From the NCBI RefSeq assembly GCF_018977255.1, contig NW_024704742.1, forward strand, positions 38,876,001-38,940,000: DNA of 64,000 nucleotides, written 5' to 3'. Each line of letters opens with the position of its first letter. Position 1 is the stretch's first letter. Both the position numbers and the translations under genes were made by a program. The notes beneath the pieces are model-generated. The model was given only the letters and a program-made list of their open reading frames with translations. It did no database searches and was not told where the DNA came from. The stretch is from Callorhinchus milii. Taxonomy: Eukaryota. Shown here piece by piece: positions 39,562-53,089 of the stretch.

Positions 39562-39770
39562 CTGGGTGGGGCAGTGAGTTTGATTGCCTTTTACCTCTGA
39601 AACCTGGAGTTGAATCCATCCCAGACTCGTAGGATTGAAGTCTCTCTGTTTGTTGGCTGTAAGAACCCTACGTTAAGTCCATTTTGACAGTCTCAACTCA
39701 ACACGTGGTGGGTGTGGGCTCACAGTACAAATGTTCTCTTAATTCAGCACTAAACTGGCAGTCTCACTCT
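39562..39770 (+). mobile_element. LF-SINE-like element, 5' half
   Basis: gccttttacctctg...ttgaatccatcccag...tggctgt...gtctca...gcactaa...tggcagtctca follows the motif order I recall for LF-SINE. Confidence 0.55.
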
Positions 39771-40129
39771 CATTCACATGATGTGGGAATTACACAAAAT
39801 CTCACAATACTGTAGTACTGAATCATATACCCTATAACCCAATAGAAAAAAAACAAATTTAATTTCTATAGCACCCTTCACAAGGATAATGTCTCAGAGT
39901 GCTTCTGAAGGATGGCGTAAGATGCTAAGGGAGGGAGAAGGGGGATTTAAAGTGTATTTTCCATTTTGTTTAAAACAGTAAACACATGACATGAACCTTG
40001 GATAGTGTGGAACTTTTCAATACAGGTTTTGGTTGCAGGAAATTGCCCTTAAAGTTCATTTATTTATTTAACAAAATTCTTTTCAGGGAAACCTCACAGA
40101 AACTAAAGCCACACATTTATGACATAATG

Positions 40130-41438
40130 ACATTCTGAATATCTGTGATCAGGGCTCCTTCTGCCTCCTTGTCCTCCTCAACCTCTCTGCCACCTTTGAC
40201 ACTGTCAACCCCTCCATCCTCATACACCGCCTCTCCGCTTTACTCAATCTTCACGGACCTGCCCTTGCCTGGTTCGATTCATATCTCTATCACCGTCTCC
40301 ACTTTGTTGCCTCTAACGGTTTCTCCTCCAGCCCCTGCACTGTCACATCTGGCGTCCCCCAGGACTCTGTCCTTGGCCCTCTCCTCTTTAATATCTACAT
40401 GCTCCCCCTTGGTGACATCATCCACAGACATGGGGTCAACTTCCATATGTATACGGATGACACCCAACTCTATCTTTCTGCCTCCACCCTCAACTCCAGG
40501 ACCACTGCTGTCCTGACAGACTGTCTGTCGGACATCAAGTCCTGGATGAGGGCAAATTTCCTACATTGAATGTGAACAAGACTGAGGCCCTCCTGATTGG
40601 TTCGCGCCAGCGCCTCAGCACCTCAGGCTCTGGCAGCATCAACCTCCATGGTTGTACACTACAACTCACCAGCCAGTCAGGAACCTGGGTGTCTTGTTCG
40701 ACCCTCAACAGTCTTTTCTCCCCCACATTCAAGCCATAACCTGCTCTGCCTTCCCTCACCTCCGTAACATCGCCCGACTCCGCCACTACCTCACCCCTCA
40801 GGCCACTGAACTCTTGTTCATACCTTCATCACCTCCAGACTCGACTTTGCAAATGCCCTGCTTGTCGGCCTTCCCAACTCCTCCCTCCACAGGCTGCGGA
40901 TAATCCAGAACTCTGCAGCCCGTGTCCTCTCCCGCACCAAACTCCGTGACCCCATCTCCCCCACTCTCGCCCGACTTCACTGGCTCCCTATCCTTCAGAG
41001 GATCCAGTTCAAGATCCTGGTCCTCACATACAAAGCCCTACGTGGCCTTGCCCCACCCTACCTCTACAATCTCCTAACCCCCTACCAACCCGCCCACTCC
41101 CTCCACTCAGCCGGCTCCGGCCTGCTCCACGTCCTCCGACCCACCCGCCCCACCCGCCCCACCATTGGCGTAAGAGCCTTCAGCCACTCTGCCCCCAAGC
41201 TCTGGAATTCCATCTCCCAGTCACTCCGCCTTGCCCCCTCTTTAGCCTCCTTCAAGTCCCGTTTCAAGACCCTCCTCTTTGACCATACCATCGGCCACCC
41301 CCCTTCCCCTCCCCTCTCCTACACCTCCAACCCCAGCTTAGGTCTGAAATGCTGTACTCTGTCCAGCGCCTTGGGATGTCCTCCCGACGTGAAAGGCGCT
41401 ATACAAATGTACTCTTGTTGTTGTTGTTGTTGTTGTTG
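40130..41438 (+). mobile_element. L2 LINE, 5'-truncated 1.3 kb, best preserved copy (RT domain to tail)
   Basis: LLNLSATFDTVN, GVPQDSVLGPLLFNIYM, YTDD (40450-40461), frameshifts downstream, stem-loop tail and (gtt)n. Confidence 0.97.
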
Positions 41439-41649
41439 CATTTATGATGGTTGGAAAAGTTACTAACTTTCTGCATTTGACAACTATCAGAATTAAGGGC
41501 TCTAAAAATATATATTTGAATTCAGTTCAACCTTCCCACAGAATAAAATATAATTTTATTGAAAACTGGAATTGTTAGCAATGTTCCTGGCAGCTAGGTG
41601 ATGTTAGTTTAGACATTAGTTAAGCAGCAGCAGGTCTGTGCAATGTTCA

Positions 41650-41895
41650 GCTGACCTTATTGAAATCTTCAAGATCATTGAAGGGAATTAATTAAGCTGA
41701 TCCATGCAACTTGTTCATGATAGCGAAGGTTCAAACACCAAGGAACACAAGTTTGAAACTTAGGAGGTTCAAGGGTAAGGAGAAGTTAAGTGGGTCCCAT
41801 TTACTTAAAGAGTAATGAATTTGTAGAATTTGTAGTTATCAGGGAAGGCCATGAAGTTACGAGCGTGAATGGGTTAAAGCGGCAGTTTCTGAAAT
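41650..41895 (+). mobile_element. Old CR1 ORF2 C-terminal fragment
   Basis: gaccttattgaaatcttcaagatcattgaaggga (DLIEIFKI) and agagtaatgaatttg. Confidence 0.7.
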
Positions 41896-43189
41896 GAAAA
41901 GAGATCGAGTGGTGTTTTCCACTGACTGGATTGCCGCAGACTTGGATTGTTCCCTAATGAATGAACTTGGTGAAGGCTACATTTTCATCTCATCTCCTCC
42001 CCGTTATTTTCCATTCCATGGCAGTCAGTTCATCAAAGCGATCGGCAAGACATTGGCTGTCACAGGCATTCGGATTAAACATTCATAAAGCCAATAGCCA
42101 CAGACTCTCAAACAATTGTTAGTGGTCAGTTTTTTTTAGCTACTAACTTCACACATTGTGTGAAATATCCAGTAACAACATTTGTTTCAGTAAATGGAGA
42201 CTTGAGTGACTGTTTCAGTGGTAATTGTGAAACAACTGAGTTTGGAATTGTAAAGTTTAACAAATTAGAGTTCAGCAAAATTGAAGAACACAAGTAGGTC
42301 AGTGACAGGATCATAGATTACAGATTTTTGGTTTATATTTCTTTCTCCAGAGCTGTACTTTGGAGCATGCCATAAAACTCCCATATGGATTATATACACT
42401 GTGCCTGACAGTCCTGGCAGCGTTTAGAATGGAGTGTGTTCTGATTTTGCACGGACGAGCTTTGTTAATGTTTCTCCTTTGATTAATTGATGGGGCAATA
42501 AGCATATGGAAAGTGCACGTAAAAGATGCAAATAATTGGACAAGGGTAGCAAAGACTGTTCTTGCTCATAATCCCAGAGGTTGCCATGTTTTTCTTAATA
42601 AAATCAGCCTACAGCAACCTGGTACAATAAATCTCCTTCATTTCCAGTAGCTATATCTGTATACTGTACTGGGATTTTCGTCTCTGCAGTAATTTACCTA
42701 CCAGGCACATACTAACAGTTCCAATTTTCAACATAGTTACATCTTTTTTCCATGGGAGCAAGTGAGCTCTTGTATTTATCAAGGTCAGGGATAACAGTGC
42801 TGAGGAATGGAAGACCTTTTGCACCGTATATCAGCATCAGTTATTACTGGATTGTTGTAGCAGATGTGTGTTCCACTTTATCCCAAGAATGTGTTTCAGC
42901 CCCAACCTCAGAAGAGCCCTTAAAGCACCAGTATGATGTTTTCACTTACCAGATCAGCCTTCCTGATGCTATTTCTGAGAGAAGCAATTTCCATCTATTT
43001 TGTGCCATTATTGTGGCCAGTTCGGACTCATATCTATCAGGAAGTGGAGAAGTTGAGACTAGGAGTGAAATTACTCCAAGTTGGTGCAGTGGAAACTCGG
43101 GACTTGGAGCTTGAATCAACATTAACAGAATTCTCAGTTTCCTTCCCCTTTTAAAGATAGCCCTAACAAATATATGTAATCAATACCTC

Positions 43190-43312
43190 TCTGTCCTCCC
43201 TTATCCCAAACCTGCCCCCCATGCTCGGGTCCTGATCTCCGACTGTCCAGGGTCTTGGGACATTCTCCCGACGTGAAAGGCGCTTTACAAATGTAATTTT
43301 GTTGTTGTTGTT
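43190..43312 (+). mobile_element. L2 3' tail insertion
   Basis: Near-identical to 41330-41430. Confidence 0.85.
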
Positions 43313-45759
43313 CTAATGCAAACAGATTTATTAAGGTTGTTGACTTCTTGTTGACATCAAGTGCAGCCATGTCACTATTTTCTACTCTGAATGGTTCACA
43401 TGCTACACAACATTTTTGATTGCAAGAGATGGTTGGCTTCATAGAGGGTATAATTCAATATTGATCAATACCCGTATGATGTCCCCTGCCTTGCTCTATG
43501 AAGTAAAACCAGTTGGTCATTTGGTAACCTTCAATACAAGGATTTTATACTGGGGCAGTCTTTCTTTCAATCCACTACCACCCAGATTGTGTTGAAGAAA
43601 ATATGGAACCACGAGAGGTTATTTAGCCAATCAAGTCTGCTCCTTAACAACCACAAAAACTACCATGTTATGAACGTCACTGCAACTCGCATTTTGTTCT
43701 GATGGAAAGATCTACATTAATATTTCTGAGACCCCAAAAGTATATTTATTCATACATCCCGCATCTCAACCACAACCATGATTTTCTCCCTGAAGAAAAA
43801 ATTAACCCTCATCCTTCCCCAGCATTCTCCGTGGGCAACTTTCACTCTTCCCTTCCCCACTCCCAGTGCCCGATCTGACCAGAAATGAAAATGTGTCCTG
43901 TGTCAGTTTCTGTCTTTCCCTCTATTCTGCAATTCAATCCAAGCATTCTGAGATGCTACGTGAAGGGTGCTATATAAATACAAGTTGTTGCACTTTTCTT
44001 AGTTAGTTGCTTATCCCTCTTTTTGAGGGAGTTATTCAATACAGTGTCAACTGCTTTTGTGGAGATTCTGTTCCACCTGTTCACTGCTTTAGATGGAAAA
44101 AAAAGACTTCTGGTCTGATCTCTGGTGCAACTTGAAGCTTTTCAAACCTGTGCTGTTCATTTCTGTTTAAACGGAATGCTGAATGGGGTATAGACACCAG
44201 CTGGTTGTTTGGTGCATGCTGTCACACCATCCAATATCTCCCAAGAGTAATTAACCATACTTAAATAAGGGCTATTTCTTAAAGCCACTTTTTAAAATAA
44301 ATTAAAACTAGTCCTGAGGCCGGATGGTACTAGTTGGGGCGAATAGCTTGCTTCTGTGCTGTATAGCTATATGTAAATTGATGAATCGGATGGCACATTA
44401 TTTAACAATGTATTAAATTAAATGACAATCAATAAGATTGAAAACAAATCTGTCAGTCTCCATAATTTATATACATGAGCAAATCCTCTGTGTGACCGTA
44501 TTACAGGTCTCTATGATCCTGCAGATATATGGGACATCCAATGGGAATCATTTAACTAGCAAATTAATCGTTTTTGTGGTAATAAAAATGATAAACGTTC
44601 AACACGCTCTTCACAATGTGATAGCTCCAATATCCTCAATGGTGGTATTTTGCACCTGTCTCTATATTAAGCGGCATTGTGCTACACAGTGCTGACAGCA
44701 ATGTAATTGAATGAATGGGATGTAAGGTTGCTGCTAATTATGACTGCATAAGGGCATCAGTGTTGCCAGAAGCTGGGCTCCTTTTGTCATCCCTTTCCCC
44801 TACCGCAAATATACCAAACGCGACAGGCATGCAGAACAGAGTTACTCTCAACAAAACAAAGCATTGCTACAAAGTGGGTGAGATCTGACAGGCAGGCATC
44901 ACTTTTCAAATGTAGGCTTTGCACCAAATTCAGACATGTCAGAAATTTGGGGGCAGATATGCTGGTTAGTATTCTAGCTGCCACAGTAACCTTGAGAACA
45001 GCAGGGTGCATGAGGAAAACTGCTCATAGAATTTCATGACTTAGTGTTGTAGGAATCAACAGTTTTCCACTGGCTTAGAAGAGATCAAGGTCTATAGTGA
45101 AAAAATCAAAGTGCAGGCATGCAATCTTCATTTTATCCTTGTATCTAATCCTACCTACCTGTGGTCGTAACTGCATCCCTCTGATTTATCTAGTGCCATA
45201 CATGGGTAACATTCAAGCCCAGGGAACAGACCAATAATGGGAGCAGCTGTCAGGCCTTCTTTCTCAAAACCGACTTTCAAACAGCTTTTATGAAATCAAT
45301 TCCCCCTCAGTTTGATCAGAAACTTGCGTGTCAGCCCGGTTCAGATGGTAGCACTCTCACCTCTGAGTCAAAAGGTTGGGTGTTATTATCTACTTGTAAT
45401 AACATTGGTTGGTATACCTTACATGGAGACGTCAGGTCAAGCTTTAGTTATCATTTTTTACTTTTAATTTGATACGATAATTCTCATGGTGGCTAGCACT
45501 ATGGCCCATGTTGGAGAATGTCTCTATGCCAGAAACAGTGATGTTATAATAGAAAGATAATTGCTACAGATCGAGGAAGACACCAGTTAGTGAGATCACT
45601 TGTTATTGTGGGTACAGTTACGAATGAAACAAATTCATTTTGAGGCCTCTCCAAACTGCTGTGATATATATTTAATGTAACTTTAATTTAAAATGGCTCT
45701 GACAGTATTATGTAGGAAATAGTCTAACTTATTGGCAGAGTGGGATATTTGAGCTTTAC

Positions 45760-45976
45760 AATTTTTCAGCCCAAGTTCTCAATGTTGCCTTTAAATTCAT
45801 ACTTTTGTACAAGTTAGGTTCAAGTTTGTTTTTCACAACCGGGTTCCTACTTACTGCTAGGTAAACAGAGGCGTGTGGAGTAAGGAAACTTGCCCAGTGT
45901 TTCACCCTGGCTGGGAATAGAACCCAAGTGCTTTCGCTTGCGAGGCGATGGTTTAACCAATATGCTACAGGACTCC
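45760..45976 (-). mobile_element. tRNA-derived SINE of a third family (CORE-like body)
   Basis: A box TAGCATATTGG, B box GGTTCTATTCC, then ctgggcaagtttcct...ctctgtttacctagcagtaa. Confidence 0.75.
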
Positions 45977-45979
45977 ACG

Positions 45980-46110
45980 ATATGTGTGTAAGTGTGTCTG
46001 TTGTACGTATATATGTATACACATATGTATATATATGTATATATATGAATGCATGTACTTGTGGATCTGTATTTATGCATGCGCCTGTGTTTGTGTGTGT
46101 GTATGAACAT
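45980..46110. repeat. Compound (TA)n/(TG)n microsatellite
   Basis: Direct inspection. Confidence 0.85.
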
Positions 46111-46283
46111 GTGGCTATGGTTTGTACTCACCATGATGAATGGTAAAAATCAGTGGGGAACAGAAGCTAGCACTGCCAGTTCCAGGGTTATCCACAGCCA
46201 CCTGTGAACTGGCTGTAGCACAGATTGACAGAGCACCATGTTCTTCTGCTTAAGTCAAACAATATGACTTCACCCAACATCTG

Positions 46284-46580
46284 TTTTTGGTCAGCCAGGT
46301 GTCTGACATATGCAGAAACCCATCATCAAGCTTAAGAGTATCCAAAATGAAGGTTCCATGCATCCCACTGACACATGGAAATTCCTGTGTTTGGAATCGA
46401 ATGTACACTCTCTTCCCGGAGGGATGCATCCTGCTGACATAATTCCAGATAGTATTAGGAGTAGGGTTGACAAGAACCAAGACTTGATGGCCCGATACTG
46501 TAAATTGGGATGCTCCTGGAGTTTAACCAGCTAAAACCAGCTAGTTTGCCATTGAGAGCACTCCGGGTAAGCTTCTTAAC
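46284..46580 (-). repeat. Unclassified ancient dispersed repeat (family X)
   Basis: Reverse complement homologous to 22020-22291 and 59000-59281. Confidence 0.75.
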
Positions 46581-46834
46581 CAAATAGGACCACCTTATCT
46601 ATTACGGCTTTCGCTTACAGAGTTAAAAGGAACTGAGTTCGAAAAATCTGTTGAGTTGGGTCTTGAAGGAGATGAGGGAGTGAGTTGGAGGGATTCCAGT
46701 ATGGATTCCAGTATAGGACAAGAATATGAATCAAGCCAGTATTCGCTGAGAGGATGGTGAGAGGAACGATTTTAAATTTACAGCACAGAAGAAGTCCATT
46801 CAGCCCATCGAGTCTTGATAGAAGAAACCTTTGG

Positions 46835-48320
46835 TTACACCTCAGGCACTGACAGCATCACCATCCAAGGATGCACGCTCCACCTCACTGAGGCGGTCTG
46901 AAACCATGGCGTCTTGTTTGACCCTCAACTGTCCTTTCTACCCCACACCCAAGCCATGACCCGTTCGGCCTTCTGCCACCTCCACAACATTGCCCGACTC
47001 CACCACTGCCTCTCCCCGCAGGCCACTGAAACCCTCATCTATGAGTTTGTTACATAGTTATATCTACGCTCGACTATGCCAATTCCCTGCTCGTCAGCCT
47101 TCCCAACTCTTCGCTCCACAAGCTGCAGATCATTCAGAACTCTACCAACCCCACCGTCACCCATCTCCATTGGCTCCCCATCCCCCAGAGGATAGAGTTC
47201 AAAATCCTTGTTCTTGCCTTCAAAGCTCTCCACAGCCTTGCTCCTTCGTATCTCTGTGATCTGCTGATGCCATATCGACTGTCTGTCCTTCCGCTCAGCG
47301 TATATAAGTATAAAGTAGGGAAGTGTGAAGTCATCCACCTAGGTAGCAAAAACAGTAGAGCGGGTTATTTTTTAGAAGGGGAGGGATTGGAATGTGTTAG
47401 CGTCCAGAGGGACTTGGGTGTCCTTGTATACCAATCACAGAAAGTTAGTCTGCAGGTGCAGCAGCAATTAGGAAGGCGAACGGTATGTTAGCATTCATTA
47501 TGAAAGGATTAGAGTATAAGAGTAGGTAAGTCTTGCTGCAACTGTACAGGGCCCTGGTGAGACCACACCTGGAATACTGTGTGAAGTTTTGGTCTCCTTA
47601 TTTAAGGAAGGATGTACTTGCCTTGGAGGGGCTGCAGCGTTGATTTACCAGGTTAGTACCAGGGATGAAGGGGATGAGTTACGAGGATAGGCTGACCAAT
47701 TTGGGCCGATATTCTCTAGAATATAGAAGAATTAGAGGGGATCTTATAGAAATCTATAAGATCATCAAAGGGCATGATAGAGTAGATAGTGGGAGATTGT
47801 TTCCCCTGGTTGGAGAAACTAAAACCGGGGGTCACTACCCTAAAATCAGAGGCCAGCCCTGTCGCACTGAGTTGAGGAAGAACTTCTTCACTCAAAAGGT
47901 GGTGAATGTATGGAACTCGCTATCCCAAAGGGCTGTTGATGCTCAGTCCTTGAACATATTCAAGACTGAGATAGATATGTTTCTTATTGCAAAAGGGATT
48001 AAGGGATATGGGGATAAGGCAGGGTTATGGTATTAGCTGGAGTTAGATTAGAAGATCAGCCATGATTGAATGGCGGGGCAGGCTCGAAGGGCCGAATGGC
48101 CTACTTCTGCTCCTACATGTTATGTTATGGGTTCTGGGCTGCTCCACATCACCTACTGGGCCTGCGCCACCTTCTCTTCGACCGTACCTTCAGTCATTCC
48201 CTGCCCTCCACTCTTCCTGATTCCCAACTCCCTGCTTGGGCCCAAATCCCTGACTGTCCTCCCGACATCCTCCTAAGCTGAAAGACGTTATACAAATGAA
48301 ATTTGTTGTTGTTGTTGTTG
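46835..48320 (+). mobile_element. L2 copy interrupted by a CR1 insertion
   Basis: L2 runs to ccttccgctcagcg (47300), resumes at ggttctgggctgctccac (~48129) and ends in (gtt)n. Confidence 0.88.
47301..48128 (+). mobile_element. Relatively young 5'-truncated CR1
   Basis: KCEVIHLG, QRDLGVLV, SLEYRRIRGDLIEIYKI, FFTQKVVNVWNSL peptides; tail ggcctacttctgctcctacatgttatgttatg. Confidence 0.96.
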
Positions 48321-49194
48321 GAAGCTGGCTCCCGAGAACATGGTTTCGAAGGTGGTTTCATTGGGACATTGCTGCAGTATATAGTAAAGAGCCTCATATA
48401 AGCATAAATCGGGACAAGTTTTATTGTGAATATGAACACAATGTGAATATTAGGTCATTATGTGAAATACAATTTACAGTACTGACCAAAGGTTTCTTCT
48501 ATCAAGACTCAATGGGCCAAATGGGCTTCTTCTGTGCTGTGAATTTCTAGGAGTTATACTATTACAATGCCAGTACTTCACTCTTCCCACAGTGTCATCC
48601 CTTGTTTCTCTCCTTGTGTTTCTCTTACCATTAATACTCCACACACAGTACTAATCCTTCTCTCTTTCCATTATTGCCTGTGCTGTAAATGTATCTGATG
48701 TGCATGAATGCAAAATCTGAAAGCCCTACTGCCAAATTAGATGGAAAAAATCTCATTGCTGGTTAAAATTAAGATGGACTGAATCATTGAGCAGATGTAC
48801 AGTTATTCAATATGCAGAATGGGCTGCTAGTTTGTAAATTAAAGTGATGCACATCGATTGAGTCTTTGCTCAGAAATATTCTCTTAAAAAAATCTGGATG
48901 GCTCATGAATTTTTTAGAGATCATTTTTAAATGTTACTAAATGTTAACTAACTTTTTGAAAATCTGTATCCTGGTTAGCAAAGCTCCGTGTATGCACATA
49001 GTTGATTATGTCCTGAGCTCTTCCCGGTCCTGTGCAAAAGTGTTTGGGAGCAGGAGTTTTAAATCCGCCGCTCCACTCTCAATCGCTGGATTAGTAGACT
49101 GATATCATATTAATTCTAGTAGTATAATCCAGGCTTTGTGGCAAATTGGAGTAAGGTGAAAAAATTCATGCCACTGATTCCAAATTTGCAAGAG

Positions 49195-49370
49195 GTTTTG
49201 TGGTATGGGCCTCCTATCCAATGAGACCTGTTCATGTTGCCCCAACTAATGTCACGTAGGACCATTAACAGCTGCCAGAAAGAGGAGACTTTTATCCCAT
49301 CTGTTGGATCTGGTTTTGAACTCAGTGCTCAAATGTAAAAGGGCAGCGTTCCACCCACTGTGCTGCCACG
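49195..49370 (-). mobile_element. LF-SINE-like element, 5' half
   Basis: Reverse complement parallels 39562-39740. Confidence 0.5.
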
Positions 49371-49717
49371 TTCTCTCAGAGATTGGATTTGCCTTAAGGG
49401 TTACGTTCTTAACATATTTTAAATGCGTAACAGCAGTAGGACTTTGGCACCACTGCTGCAGGTTAACAGATAAGATCAAGCTCTGAGACTGCTTATATTT
49501 CTGTACAAGCTCTGCATAGAAAGTATAGCGGCATGCAGTAGAACATACAGAAGCTCATACATTGCCAAAATGAAACAAAGCTAGGACTTTTCATAGTGTA
49601 ACTACACTTTGAAAGTACCGTAGTTGTGCTTTTTTTGTATATTGTGTAATTAAGCAGTAACAAAATCATTGGTGTCTCATTTATAATCTGTGGAAACCCA
49701 GTTCAAGTCACCCTGTC

Positions 49718-50137
49718 AATAATAATAATAATCTTTTGAATTTCATCTGGCACCTTTTTCATGTCAAGTCGACATCTCAAAGAGCTGCACCAAATTTGCT
49801 GTGAAATTTTGTGACAGTCCATTTTGTAGGCAAATGCCATAATCAATGTGTGCCCAGCAATGTCCCACAAACAACCAAGAAGTGAATAATCAGTTTAATC
49901 TGGAGGATTCTTTTCAGAACACTGGGAGAAATTCCCTTTTCATTTTGATTAGTGCCATGGGATCTTTAATATCCACATAAACATGCAAATGGGACCTCAG
50001 TTTAACGTCTCATCGGAAGGATGGCATCTCCAACAGGCAGTGCTTGCCCAGCACTCTTTTGGAGTGTCAGCGTAGGGTTTGAATCCACAACCTCTGACTC
50101 AGAGGCAAAGGTGCTACCAACTTAATCAAGCTGACAG
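49718..50137 (-). mobile_element. DeuSINE-like SINE, near full length
   Basis: (aat)n tail, gtgccatgggatcttt...tttaacgtctcatc core, tRNA head ctgactcagaggcaaaggtgctaccaac. Confidence 0.88.
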
Positions 50138-50359
50138 CTAAACAAAAGTTTGTCAGATGTAAGTTAGAACTAATACTTTGCATCTCCACCAATGGTGAAA
50201 TTGAACTGAGGTACACTTTGAGTTATTCAAGACTTGACTGCATTTCAGTTCCAGATTTGAATAAGAACAGTGCACTACATATAATTTATTGGGTCACTTG
50301 TTAAAGATATTTTTGCAGGATGCCCTAGTTAAAGTGCACATTTATGTTTGCAATGACCT

Positions 50360-50550
50360 AACCCCCTCCCTCACTTCGTCCCCTCCCTCCCTTCCACCCT
50401 CTGCATCTTTCAAACTTAACTTAATACGATTGTTTTTGACCATGCTTTTGATCACCTTTCCCCCATCTCCCTACCTTCCCCAACTCCCCGCAGCCCCTGC
50501 TCCGGATTTCATTCATCACTTTGAAGGCCTTCAGTCATCCTCCTGAGTTG
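50360..50550 (+). mobile_element. Old L2 3' end
   Basis: tttttgaccatgcttttgatcacc and tail remnant gaaggcac. Confidence 0.6.
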
Positions 50551-53089
50551 GAAGGCACAGTTTAAATGTGCCACATGCTCTTCAAATCAGGGCTTTCAAT
50601 AGGATATGCACTTCCAAGATTCTATATAACGGTCATAGTTAATAATCTAATTGATAAAAACATTTTAAAATAACATACAAACGGATGTCACATGCAATAT
50701 GCAACAAGTATCATCTGTTTTTTTTCAAAACACATGTAAGGACCCCGTTTCGCCCTATGATTTCAGTGTGTAAAATGAACCGTAGAGTACCACAGATATC
50801 ATGTGCCAGGCAGAGATCTTTAAGCCTGGGTAGCATCAGATGATCAATGGGGAAAAGGAACATGCTTTGTCAGTTCCCTATAAATATACATCATAGAGCA
50901 GAAGCTGTACATCTTCATTAGGGAGCTGCTGTTCTCAGGCCACCTGCGGGAGACTTATTGCATTCATTGAAAGATTTCTGGCAAAAGGAAAAGTGAAGGC
51001 TGAGGCTGTTTTCATTAAAATGGACATTAAGTGTATTGTTCATTGAAGCAATTAAGAGACATAATTTGTGCTTCCAATCATAAGTGCATCAAAGGGGATC
51101 AGGACTTGAGGGTGGCTTATGTTGGTCCATCCAGCTGGCCTTCTTAAACAAGACTACTCTCCAGTGGGACCCACAAATAGTAAATTGCATATCAGAAACA
51201 TCTTGCAAAATCCTTATATAAAACATATAATAAATAATCATACTTGCATAGCGATATTAGCATCTCTAATGGTAAAGATTTTCAGCATATCACAGCTAAT
51301 TGCTGTCAAGTATAACCTAATATGCATTTGTACGCAAATTAAATTAGAAATTGAGAATAAGAAACGAATGGATGAGCAGAATGAAAGCTATTTGTTGTGA
51401 AAATTGTAGATGCTATTCTGAGTGAAGGGCACTATATAAATGCAAGTTGTTGTTTTATAAGCTTCACTTATCCAGACATCTGGAGCCTGATTTCTCTCTG
51501 ATACAAGGCTCTGCACACACCCATTGCTTTGCCAAGCTCCATTGGCTGCTGAAACCTAGATGATAGAATGTTAAAATCCATGTTATGGCCTTCAAATCCT
51601 TCCATGGTTTTGGTGCACCTCATCTATATAACTCTCTCCAGCCCTACTTTCTTGCCTATACCCTCTGCTCTTCCCACTCTGGTTTATTTTTCACTCTTCA
51701 CTCCCATTGCTCCACCATCAGTGTGGGACCTTTATAACTAATGCCCCTGTCCTGTGGAAACGTCTTCAAAATAATTTTTCTTGAAGCCATTCTTGCCTTC
51801 CAAAAAATAATAAAAGCAGATCACTTTGACCATAGATTGGTTCAACATTTCTAAATCTTGCATTTCATTGCTGAGTCCCCCATTATTTGAAAAAGGCCAA
51901 GACACCTTTTGTATAAGCATATTGTAAGTTTCTGTTGCAATGAACTGTTAAACTGTTAAATGGAATAGACTATCAGTTTTACTATCAGCCATCGATAAAG
52001 TGAAGTGAATGAGACATAAAGTCATGTAAGATTAGTTGCTTACAATGGGACCAGCCAGATGGACTGTATTGATTCTTTCCGATGGTACATTCCTTTGTTC
52101 GTCTAACATATCTGGAGGGAACAACCCAGAGGCTCCAAAGAGGGAAGAATAGGGATATGAAACCAGAAATCAATAATGTTTTCATTATTATTAATTTTGT
52201 CGAGACAGAATGGGTAACAATGGGATGAAATTTATAACAAGTTTCAATAACAAGTTCCTTGTGACAAGGAACACAATGCAATACAACACAAAATACATTT
52301 ATAGAGCTCTATTCACATCAGGAGGGTATCTCAGGGCATCCAATCTGGGGATGGGATCGGAGGGGGTCAAAAATGCCACAACCCCACAAACGCACCACAA
52401 ATTTCACCCCAGTGTTACTGTTTCTGTTTGCAGTATTCTTTGCCCTCTTGGATTGTACTGTCAGCCTGTCAATGTGTTTCACATTGCCTGCAAGACTGAA
52501 GCAAAGCTCTTGAGCTTTAGATTTACAATAGACTGATTCCAAACAGACACTGTTCATCATTTTTACCCTGCAGACATGGAAGGGATGTGATCTTCTCACT
52601 GTTATGATAATACAAGGAGAGAAGCTTTAGACTGGCCCTCCCTCTGTTTATGGTTGGGGCTGCTTTTAGGGTTAGGGGTTAGTTTGTGGTTAGTTTCAAA
52701 GTAATTACATCCAATTACCTTTTTATGAAACCTTTCACAATGTGTGAGATACAAATGTCTGCATATGTATCTGTGAGTGCCAGTAATCTGTATGTAGGCT
52801 GCGTGTCTGTAGACAAGTGGGAATACTTGTTTTCATAATACCACAATGGCACATGTCCATCTATTGATAAGATAGTCATCTCCTTGTACACTGGAGATTT
52901 TGGCTGGGTTTTTAGTTTATTTCCTATGCTTACAGCTTCATTTATAGACAGGTTTAGGATTGGAGTGAGTCTCAAATACCTTAACTTCGGCATGCGAGAT
53001 GGGTTGGGGGGTGGGTTGGGAGGGAAGAGAAGAAGGGTTGTAGAGAGTAGAATACGGGTAGGGGAAGAAGATGGGTGGTACATTGATTT

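Noticed and set aside
40130..41438. Active reverse transcriptase gene
   Set aside because: 5'-truncated, frameshifted, and YADD is altered to YTDD; a dead L2 copy.
52665..52695. Interstitial telomeric repeat
   Set aside because: Only about 2 TTAGGG units; too short to call.
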